Position numbers and translations under genes: made by a program. Positions 21,501 to 30,716 of a stretch of DNA of 30,980 bases are shown here, in pieces; position 1 is the stretch's first letter; each line of letters starts with the position of its first letter. The notes under the pieces are model-generated. The model saw only the letters and a list, made by a program, of their open reading frames with translations. It was not told the origin of the DNA and did no database searches. The stretch comes from Fonticula alba ATCC 38817 (taxonomy: Eukaryota; Protista; Nucleariida), in NCBI GenBank assembly GCA_000388065.2, contig KB932211.1, one strand, 5' to 3'.

Positions 21501-24500
21501 GGTGCCATGCCAACTGTGAGGCCTGCCACCGGCCGGACGCAAGCGGCCCATTCATCTGCACTGCCTGCCCGCCGGGAATGGCCTTGAGCTCCGGGACTGC
21601 CGATCGCTGTGCGCCCTGCCACAGCTCGTGTCTCGAGTGCACGGCCCCGGCCAGTGCGACCGCCTGCCGGGCTTGTCCCAGCGGCATGCTCCTCCGGCCT
21701 GACGGCACGTGTGGCGGCACCTGCCCGCCGGGGACCTGGGGCGACACGCGGCTGGGTGTCTGCACGCCCTGCTCAGCCGGCTGTCTTACCTGTGAGAATT
21801 CCTACTCGTGCACCGCCTGCCGGCCGGGGCATCTCCGTGAGACGACCTTCGGCATGTGTCTCCGGTGCGATCCCCAGTGCGCCGAGTGCGCCGGCGCCCT
21901 GGATGCGTGTGTTGCCTGCACGCCGGGCATGCATTGGGTCGGGGGGGTGGCCCCCAGCCCGGCCGGCGCCACCGGCGCATGCACCAAGTGCCCGGTGGGC
22001 TGCGCCACGTGCGACGACCACAACAGCAAATGCTTCACCTGCACGGCCGGCTACCTGCTGCTGGCCGGGCCGGGCCAGTGTGTGCCCGCCTGCCCGGACG
22101 GCATGGCGCCCGATGCTGCGCAGAGGAACTGCCTCAGCTGTCATGCTACATGCACCAAGTGCTCGACCCCCGCGGACCCGAGTGCCTGCACCGCCTGCCC
22201 GGCAGGCCGTGTTCTCCATGTGGACGGGCGGTGCATGGCTTCCTGCCCGACGGGCTTCTACCCCTTGGCCGGGGTGTGCACCAAGTGCGGGGCGGGCTGC
22301 TCGTCGTGCGCCTCGGCTGGGACTTGCGCGGAGTGTGCCCCGCAGCGCTTCCACCAGGGGGATGGCTCTTGCGACCTGTGCCATGCGTCGTGCGCCGCGT
22401 GTGCCAGTAGCACGGCCTGCACCGCCTGCCGGTCAGGGCTCTTTTTCCTGTCGCCCACGGCCCAAACCCCGTCGCTGTGTAGCTCGACCTGCCCGGCCGG
22501 CAACTATGCCGCAGCCGGCCGGTGCCAGCCGTGCGCCGCCAGCTGCGTGCTGTGTGCCGGCGCGGCGGACCGGTGCCAGGTGTGCGCGGCCGGCCACCGG
22601 TGGCGTGCCGAGCCGCCGGCCGTCGGCCAAACCGACACGTGCGTCCGCTGCCCGGATAACTGCGCCTCCTGCACCGGGGACATGTGTCTGGATTGCGAGG
22701 CGGGCTTCTTCCTGACGCGCCAGGGGGCCTGCGTGACTGCCTGCCCGGCTGGGACCTGGAAGGACCAGGCCACCGGCTCGTGCCAGCCCTGTGCCGCCAG
22801 CTGTGCCACATGCACCGGGCCCGAGTCCGGCAAGTGCACCGCCTGCGTGCCGGGGCTCCAGCACCAGCCGGGGCCGGGCGGCGGGCCGGGCCCCTGCGTG
22901 GCCTCCTGCCCGGCCGGGCAATTCCGCCACACCGCGTCGCAGGAGTGCCGGGCCTGCCACGGGTCGTGCGCCACATGCACCGGGCCCACGGACCGCGACT
23001 GCCTGGCATGCACCGGGTCGGTGCTGCAGGATGGCGCATGCGCCCGGGCCTGTGCGGCCGGCCATCTGGCCGTCGATGACCGGTGCCTGCCCTGCCACCT
23101 GTCGTGCGGCCAGTGCATCGGGCTCCGGAGCACCGAGTGCACCGAGTCCTGCCAGGCCCGGCTGCTGCCCCAGCCGGCCGGCGAGTCGCCGATGCGCTGT
23201 GTGGCCAGCTGTGCCAGCGGGTTCCATGCCTCGTCGACCGGCTGCACCCGCTGCCCGGAGGGGTGTGCCGCCTGCCCGGACGATGCGGGCCACTGTGCCC
23301 AGTGCGAGCGGTCGCACCGGCTGCTGGATGGCGCGTGTGTGCCCACCTGCCCGCAGGGCACATGGGAAGATGGCAACCGGTGCACCGCTTGCCACCCCTC
23401 CTGCATCAGCTGCTTCGGGCCGGACCCGACGCACTGTGACATCTGCCACGCCGACACGCCGCTCAAGAAGGACAGCTCCTGCTACGAGACCTGCCCGGCT
23501 GGGACCTACGAGAAGGGCAACAATTGCATGGCCTGCAGCAGCTCCTGCGCCCAGTGCCTCGGGCCCGGCAGCAACGAGTGCACCGCCTGCCCGGAAGGCC
23601 GCGCGCTCAGTGCCCAGGGCATGTGCGTTGGGGAATGTCCGGTCGGGCAGTTTGCCACCGACGGCGCCATCGGCCAGGTGTGCCGGGCCTGCTCGGCCAG
23701 CTGCCGCCAGTGCGATGGCCCGGATGCCGACCACTGCACCGGCTGCCAGGATGACCTGCTCCTGCAGGCTGGCCGGTGTGTGAGCGCCTGCACCGATGGG
23801 TTCTTTGCCTGCCATGCCAAACGCGAGTGCTCGGTCTGCCCGACCGGCTGTGCCACATGCTTCACCAGTGCCGACCGGCCGGAGGGCTGCCAGGCCGTCT
23901 GCACGACCTGCCGCGCGCCGTGGATGTGGTCCCCGGCGGCCGAGCGCTGCGTCGATGTCTGCCCGGCCGGGGAGTTCCAGCCCCGGACGGATGTCTTCAC
24001 GTGCGAGCCCTGTGCCGGGGCCTGTGCCTCGTGCCACGGCCAGGCCGACCGGTGCACCGTCTGCTCGGACGCCGGGGCCTGGCTCCATCCGGCCACCGGG
24101 GCATGCAGCCTGTCCTGCTCGGCCAGGGGCCTGGCCAAGTCCCCGGTCGAGCGGGTGTGTCTCTCCTGCCCGGAGGGGTGCCAGCATTGCGGCGCCCCGC
24201 CGGACATCGGGCCCTGCCTCCTGACGACCCAGGGCATGCTCGAGTGCCCGGAGCTGACCGCGTGCGACCGGTGCGACGCCGAGCACCCGCTGCTGCTGGG
24301 CGACGAGTGTGTGGCTGCCTGCCGGCCGGGGTTCTATGCCGAGTGGGATGCCGACCCGCCCGTGTGCCGGGCCTGTCACCAGAAGTGCGCCGGCGCCTGC
24401 ACCGGGCCCGAGCCGACGGACTGCCGGGCCCCGGACAAGGCCCTGCCCTCGGACCAGCGCCTGGCCCTGGGCCTGGGGATCAGCCTCGGGGCCCTGCTGC

Positions 24501-25803
24501 TGCTGCTGCTCCTGCTGCTGGGGGTCTTCCTGCTGCTGCGGTGGCGCCGGGCCGGCCGCACGCGCAAGCCCCTGGACCGGCCGGACGAAAATGCCACCAT
24601 CCTCAACACCTTCGTCGGTGCGTGCCCCTACTGCGGGCGGGGCCGGCACCTGGGTCCCCGTCGCCCCTCGCCCCCGCGCCGTCGCCCGAGCGCCGTACAT
24701 CCCTCTCGCCCCTCGCCCTTGCCGCCGCCCGATCACTGACCCGCCCCCCTTGCACAGAGCTCTCCCTGCCCGGGGCCATCCTGGTGGACATCGCGGCGGA
24801 CTTCGTCCCGCTGCAGGACCAAACCCTCGGCCAGGGGGGCCAGGCCAGTGTCTTCGCGGCGCGCGCCGTCGGGGCCAACATCTCCGCGCGCACCGGCTGC
24901 CCCGACGTGGTGGCCATCAAGAAGATGAAGGCCGACAAGATGCGCCCGCTGGAGGTGACCCTCTTCCAAAATGAAATTGCCCTCATGTGGTGCGTACCGC
25001 CGGCCGCCATAGGGGGGGGCCCTGCCCGCCGGGTGGCCCGCCGGCCGTGACACATGCGCCCGGCCCCTTTTCTGACCCTCGCTCCGCGCCTCCGGGCCAG
25101 GCTCCTGCGCGGCCAGGACCACATCGTGCGGATTTACGGCTACTCCGAGGCCCCGCCGGCCATTGTCATGGAGCACTTCCAGTCGGACCTGTCGGGCCTG
25201 CTGCACTCGGCGGCCGACCTGCCGCTCGGGGTGCTGCTGGACCTGGTGCACCAGTGGGCCGCCGGGCTGGAGGCCATGCACGCCCAGGGGGTGGCCCACT
25301 GCGACCTGAAGCCGGCCAATGTCTTCGTCCGGCCGAGGGCCGACGGCTACTGGAGCGCGGCCCTCGGCGACCTGGGCACCAGCCGGAATCTCAGCGCCGA
25401 CCGGGCGTCGGCCCTGCTGCAGGCCGCGCCGCAGCTGAATGCCCTGACCGCGCGCTATGCCGCGCCCGAGGTGGTCCAGGCGTTCCAGGCCCGCCGGGCC
25501 CTGGCCCTGGAGGCCTACCTCCCGGCGGACATCTACTCGGCGGCCATCATGCTGTGGGAGTGCCTGGCCCGCGCGGTCCCCTGGAAGGGCCTGCCCTTCG
25601 CCCGCATCGCCGAGCAGGTGCTGGCCGGCGACCGGCCCGAGGTCCACCTCGCCACCTCGCCCATCGCCTGGACCAGCCAGCCCCTGGCCCAGGGCCTGGT
25701 GGAGCTGCTCCCGCGGCTGTGGAACGCCGACATGCATGCCCGCCCGGGGGCGGCCAACCTGCGCCACTCCATCGCCACCCTCGGGGCCATGCTGCCCCCT
25801 TAG
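18571..25803 (+). CDS. RK2: single-pass receptor protein kinase (TKL-like, non-RD) with furin-like Cys-rich ectodomain; join(18571..19834,19896..24617,24758..24989,25101..25803), 2306 aa
   Basis: Signal peptide MRPLPLWQRALALLAMPLLVVLLHLSGVSS and several NxS/T sequons. Three GTGCGT...CAG introns with CTRAC branch points give 6921 nt in frame and rebuild NTFV^ELSLPGAILVD and ALM^WLLR, matching the intron-less RK1 sequence. About 22 Cys-rich repeats (21347-24424), TM at 24461-24538. Kinase motifs: LGQGGQASV, VAIK, NE, HCDLKPAN (25297-25320), DLG, YAAPE, DIYS. The ATG follows CTCCACAG, so an upstream exon cannot be excluded. Confidence 0.92.
19835..19895 (+). other. Intron 1 of RK2 (61 nt, phase 1)
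   Basis: Donor GTGCGT, branch GCACTAAC (CTAAC at 19876-19880), acceptor TATACAG. Splicing gives VGPRR^RECRPCTVDYC. Confidence 0.9.
24618..24757 (+). other. Intron 2 of RK2 (140 nt, phase 1)
   Basis: Donor GTGCGT, branch CTGAC at 24736-24740, acceptor TGCACAG. Removal restores colinearity with RK1. Confidence 0.93.
24990..25100 (+). other. Intron 3 of RK2 (111 nt, phase 2)
   Basis: Donor GTGCGT, branch CTGAC at 25072-25076, acceptor GCCAG. Removal restores MWLLR as in RK1. Confidence 0.93.
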
Positions 25804-27242
25804 GCCGCGGGGCCGGGCCACCCTGTGTCACTTTGATGCGCAATACACCCTTCGGCAGTGGTGGCACCGAGCGCAGAAGCGGGGGGGGGGGGGGGGCGTC
25901 CGGGCGGGGCGTGGCCCTGTCGCGGGTGCCTGGCCTGCCCCGTCGGGCGCGCGTCGAGCACCCGCCAACGCCACGCGGGCAGGGCACACCGGGCCCGGGG
26001 GCTCGGCCAACCCCGGACGGGATCGGCAAGAAAGGCCCGGCCGCCGGCATCCTGGCGGCCGGGCCGGCGCCACCACTGGCCCCAGTTCCCCGGCACGGTG
26101 CTGCTGCTGTGGCACGGGGGCCGGCAGCGGGTTGCCGCGCGTGGCCAGCCGCCACGGAGCGAGCCGGTCGCCCGGCTTTCCTGCCTCTCCCGCCTCGCCC
26201 ATCGGGGAAGGACGTGCGGGCCGTGACGCTGTGCGTGCGGTGCCAAAGGGAAGCACGCGCCGCCGCGTGGACGCCATGCACCCGGGGCACATGCTCGCAC
26301 CGGCGCCGAGCCCCGGGCCCCCTTGCAGCGGAGGGCCAATGCGCCGGAACAGGGGCCCGACGCGCGCGGTACAATGGGCGCTGGCGCACCGTCGGCCCTG
26401 GCGAGCCAGCACCCGGGCAGGCCTCGCGAAGGGTGGCACCAATAAGACGCCGCCCTGCCGCATGCGGGCCTCCTCCGGAGCGGCCGCGCCAACGGCCGGG
26501 GGCGCGTGGCGACGAAGGCCCTTTCCGCCGGCGGCGTCTGCCGGGTGCCCCCTGTGGCCAGCCGGCCGCGCCGCCCTGGCGGCCCGCCTGGCACCCTGCC
26601 CGACGGGGGCGCGCATCGTGCCCGGCCGACGCCGGCCTCCTCTTTTTCCCGGGCCTGCCCCTCGCGCGGCCCCCGGGCTGGCATGGCCGGCATCCGGCCG
26701 GAGCGCATGCGCGCCCGGACCCGGCGCACGAGCCGCCAGGCTCCCGGCCGTGGGCCGCCCCACCTCCGGCAAGCCAGCTGGCCGCGGAAAAGCCCCAGGC
26801 CTCAAGCCAGTGCCGCGGCGGGCGTGCCGCCGAGCGAAGACGCCCCGGGCCCCGGTTCGCTGTGGTGCCGCCTGGTCAGGCAGCACTGCCCAGCCGACCG
26901 GCGGGTGCCGGCGGCCGCACCCCGGGCCGTCTGGTGGGATCCCCACAATGGGCCATTTTACGTTTGCACCCGCCAGGTACACGCGCACATTCGTGCATGT
27001 GTGGGACCCCCCCCCCCCCCCGTTGCCGAGGCCTGGTGGGCTCCGGAGGGGGGGCCGCCCAGCGCGTGCCCCGCTTCCCGGGCTGCGTCCCTGCCGGGAT
27101 CCGCTGGCCGCTTGGCCGTGTGCGCGCGGCCGGACGCCGCGTGTCTCCCCCCCCCCCCCGCCCCCCTGGGGGGAGGGCCAGGCCCGGCGGCGCGGCGTGG
27201 CCTCGCTTCTTATTCGCCCATGCGTGCCTTCCCAGCAGATTA

Positions 27243-27315
27243 GCCTGTTTAGCTCAGTTGGTAGAGCATGGGACTCTTAATCCCAGGGTCGTGGGTTCGA
27301 GCCCCACAGTGGGCT
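27243..27315 (+). tRNA. trnK-CTT: tRNA-Lys (anticodon CTT), 73 nt
   Basis: GCCTGTT TA GCTC AGTTGGTA GAGC A TGGGA CTCTTAA TCCCA GGGTC GTGGG TTCGAGC CCCAC AGTGGGC T, with T5 terminator at 27326-27330. Confidence 0.95.
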
Positions 27316-27639
27316 ATCTTCATCGTTTTTGCCGCCCGGGGCGAGCGAGAGGCCCGTTAGAGAGAGACGGGTGAGGCGGGGGGGGGGGGCAATCCACACC
27401 CCGGGGCCGGGGGGCGGCGGAGCCGGCGTGCGCGCCGTTTCCGAATGCCGGACCCCTCAGCCCGAGGCGGCCCCCGTCCCCGGCAGAGGGCCCACCGCCG
27501 GGCGCAAGTGTGTCCCCGGCCTCTGCCCCTCTCTCTCTCTTGTATTCCTCCGGGGGTTGCCTGCGCCGCCCGGGCGGCCGGCCCGCCCGGCCAGCGCGCC
27601 CGGCATAAAAGCCACGCGTCTCGGTCTTAGAGTATCCGC

Positions 27640-27712
27640 TCCCATATAGTCTAGGTGGTTAGGATACGTGGCTCTCACCCACGAGACCCGGGTTCGAGTC
27701 CCGGTATGGGAA
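27640..27712 (+). tRNA. trnE-CTC: tRNA-Glu (anticodon CTC), 73 nt
   Basis: Acceptor TCCCATA/TATGGGA, anticodon arm CGTGG-CTCTCAC-CCACG, T arm CCGGG-TTCGAGT-CCCGG, T5 terminator at 27717-27721. Confidence 0.96.
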
Positions 27713-27909
27713 TTACTTTTTGGCCGGCGCGGCGAAAAACATGGCCCGCCGCGGGGCGGCTCTCTGAGACACACCACCGCCCGAGATCGGCACAGCGGCC
27801 GGGGGGGAAGAGGGGCTCCGGCCATCTCCGAGACACCGCCACACCACCCCGCCGGGTGGGCCTCCTCTCCCCCTCCGGCAAAAAAGGACGCCGGCAAACA
27901 AAAGGAATG

Positions 27910-27981
27910 CTCCCGATCCGGGAATTGAACCCGGGCCTCCCGCGTGACAGGCGGGGATTCTCACCACTATACTAATCGGGA
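27910..27981 (-). tRNA. trnD-GTC: tRNA-Asp (anticodon GTC), identical to 959-1030
   Basis: Same 72 nt as the first copy, with a T4 terminator at 27900-27903. Convergent with tRNA-Glu. Confidence 0.97.
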
Positions 27982-28710
27982 CTGGTGCTGACGGCGACCC
28001 CGCGCCCGGGGCTTTTGTGCGCTTTCTCTTCGCCCGCCCACGAGCACGAGCTGCCAACGCACCAGCCACTCCAGCACCCCGGCACTGGAGGCTGGGCCTT
28101 GGCGAGACATGCGCCCGGCGGTGGCCGGAAATTCGGCCATACATAATGGCCCGGCTCATATACCGGGCTGCGGGCGGGCGGGGGGAGAAAGGGCGATGGT
28201 CGGCGGGGTCGTCCAACGGGACGTGTTCCGGCCCGGGCGGCCGGGTCCGGCGGGGGGCACCCGGCGCCTTGGGGCTTCGCCCCCTGGGCCCCTGAATGGG
28301 GCCGGGGGGGAGCCCCTTGCCGGCCGGGCCGGATCCCGCGCCGGGGCCGCCCCGCCGGCGCGATCCGCCGGGAGGTCGATCGGCCTCCATGCGGCCAGGG
28401 CCGTCCGTTCGGGCCGCCGCCCGTAGCCCCTCCTGGGGGTCTGGTCTCTCTTTCTCCCGCGGCGGAGAACGCCCGCGGACAGGGGCCCGGCAAAGGGCGG
28501 TACCTGCGCCGGGCCGTGTGCGGATCGCGCGCCATGCTGGTCCCGCGCACGGGCGGGATGAAGGTGCGCGCATGGGTGGGTGACGCGCGCACGGGCGCGA
28601 GTGGATGCGCGGGGCGCGCGGATACACCCCTGCGCAGGCGCCCAGCGGTGCGGGTGCACGGGCGCGCGGACGCACAGGCAGACAGGCTCATAATCGCACA
28701 GGCTCACGGA

Positions 28711-28945
28711 CACACCAAGACGCCAAAACACCAAGACGCACACAGACACACCAAGACGCACACAGACACACCAAGACGCACACAGACACACCAAGACACA
28801 CACTAACACACCAATGCACCATGGCACACCAAGACACACGCTAACACACCAAGACACCAAGGCACACCAAGACACACGCAAACACACACAAACACACACA
28901 AACACACACAAACACACACAAACACACACAAACACACACAAACAC
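28711..28945. repeat. Compound minisatellite: 20-bp unit CACAGACACACCAAGACGCA x~3, degenerate ACACCAA-containing units, then (AACACACACA)6
   Basis: Period 20 is visible at 28731-28800 and period 10 at 28881-28940. Confidence 0.9.
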
Positions 28946-29007
28946 AGATACAAGGGCTGCCGCGCGAGATGTCTCGAGGCACCGAGTGTGCCATGCTCTC
29001 CCCCTTC

Positions 29008-29008
<1 letters not shown>

Positions 29009-29048
<40 letters not shown>
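29009..29048. repeat. Poly-C homopolymer (C40), followed by C16 at 29080-29095
   Basis: Read directly. The exact length may be affected by sequencing or assembly. Confidence 0.9.
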
Positions 29049-29140
29049 ATCCCACCCTCCCAGGTGACTGGAGTTCAGACCCCCCCCCCCCCCCCTCCTG
29101 GCGCCTCGCCGCACCGTTGACACTCAGTCGCGCGCACGCC

Positions 29141-30716
29141 ATGGCTCGCCCCCCACCACGCCGGGCCGGTGGCCGGCCCGTGGCCGGGAAGCCGTCGGCC
29201 ACCGGCGGCCTCGGCCTGCTGTTGGCCCTGGCCGCGGCCCTGCTCGCCGGCGCCCAGGCGGCCCTGCTGCCCACCCCACGCAGCCTGCAATACCACCGGG
29301 TGCACACGCTCCCCGGGCCCGATCCCCCCCCGGCCGGGGCGCCCGACCACGCCCGGGACATCCGCTTCTGCGACTTCTTCAGCCAGGACACCCTGCTGCC
29401 CGGGGCCACCGACGGCCTGGACGACCTGGCCTTCTACCAGACATACTACGCCATGCGCCCGGGGCAGGAGTCCCACTCGCGGCAGCGCCCCCAGCCGGTG
29501 CACTTCCTCCCCGGCAGCACCGGCAGCCTTCACTGCACCACGGCCACCGCCTTCCCCCGGGCCGGGCTCACCTACCCGGCCACCCGGTACGACCCGGCCA
29601 CCGGCCCCACGCGGGAGGTCTTCTTCGATGAGACGGCCGGCCTCGTGCTCCGCGGCAATGGCCACTTCGCCACGGCCTACGCCCTGGGCCCGGCCCTGCC
29701 GCCGGTCCTGGCGGCCACCTTCCCCGACGGCCGGGACGCCCCGCTGTCCGGGCTGGTGTCCTTCGACCATGGCACCGGCGGCACCAGCCCCTGGACCGTG
29801 CGCATCGAGGTCCTCGGCAGCGACAACACCCTCCTCCGGCCGTACATGGGCAGCGTCAGCCACCTGCGGGACATTCGCCAAGCGGCGGCCGTGGACCTGG
29901 ACGCCGACGGCCTGCCGGAGGTCCTGCTCGCCGCCAAGGACACCACCACCCCCGGCTGCGAGGAGGACTTCTGCCTGCTCCTCCTGGAGGGGCTCCTGCA
30001 GCCGGACCTGCCGGCCGGCGCGCTCTTCCACCAGCGCCACCTCCTCCGGCTGCCGGGCAGCATGGCCCCCGGGCCCATGCTCCTCGGGGACTTCGATGGG
30101 GATGGCCACGCGTCGGATGTGGCCATCCTGCCGGCCGTCGGGTCGACCACGGCCCGGCCGCAGCTGGTGCTCCTGCTGTCCGGCCGGGACTTCGCCCGCC
30201 GGCCGGTCCACATCGACCTGGCCGGGGCCTTCTACCCCTCGCCGCCGGCGGCCTGGTCGGAGGCCGTGATCAAGGGCGCCGCCGGGCGCCTGGACCCCGG
30301 CCACCAGCACCATACCCTGGTCCTGGCGGCCGGCCGGCGGGTGCTGGCCCTGGCCGGGCCGCTGGCCTTCGGCCCGGATGACCACTCGCTGGACCTGGCC
30401 AGCCTGCCGCACTGGGCCCTGGTGCCGGATCTGGACCAGGGCTTCTGGGTGGCCATCGCCCTCGGGGATGCCGATGGCGACGCCCGGCCGGACCTGGCCC
30501 TGGCCCACAGCCACCGCCCGACGGACATTCGCCTGTACTCGGCCATCGAGGCCACGCCCGCCTGCTGGTGCGGGCCCACCCATGGCCTCTGTGTCCATGC
30601 CGCCGGCCCGCATGACAGCCCGACGTGCTCCTGCCGCGGGGCCAATCGCCGGCTGACCGGCACGTATGCCCCGTGCGAGGCCTGTGCCCCGGGGCACTTC
30701 GCCCCCGGCGACGATG
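29141..30716 (+). CDS. First coding exon of a secreted or cell-surface protein with FG-GAP/VCBS-type Ca-binding repeats and an EGF/Cys-rich module; probably 3'-partial
   Basis: GCCATGG start, basic n-region then LGLLLALAAALLAGAQAA signal peptide. Strongly G/C-ending codons. DxDxD[G/A] motifs VDLDADGLPEVLL (29891), GDFDGDGHASDVAI (30086) and GDADGDARPDLAL (30464). Cys module CWC...C...CSC...CEACAPGHF. Putative phase-1 donor GATG|GTGCGC at 30717, after which the sequence becomes microsatellite-like. The unspliced ORF would stop at 30907. Confidence 0.82.

Noticed and set aside
24987-27374. 795-aa plus-strand ORF overlapping the RK2 kinase exon and tRNA-Lys
   Set aside because: It is an alternative frame of exon 4 plus GC-rich 3' flank running through a tRNA gene, with no protein-like content.
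959-27981. Prophage or integrative-island att sites at the tRNA-Asp repeats
   Set aside because: Both tRNAs are complete eukaryotic genes with their own terminators, no integrase or transposase is present, and the enclosed genes are spliced host-type genes.
28711-28945. CRISPR-like array
   Set aside because: No unique spacers, units are degenerate CA-rich satellites, no cas genes, and the context is eukaryotic.
29141-30716. Bona fide integrin alpha subunit
   Set aside because: Only three Ca-loop motifs are visible, followed by a Cys/EGF-like module rather than thigh/calf domains. No GFFKR-type tail can be seen in this window.
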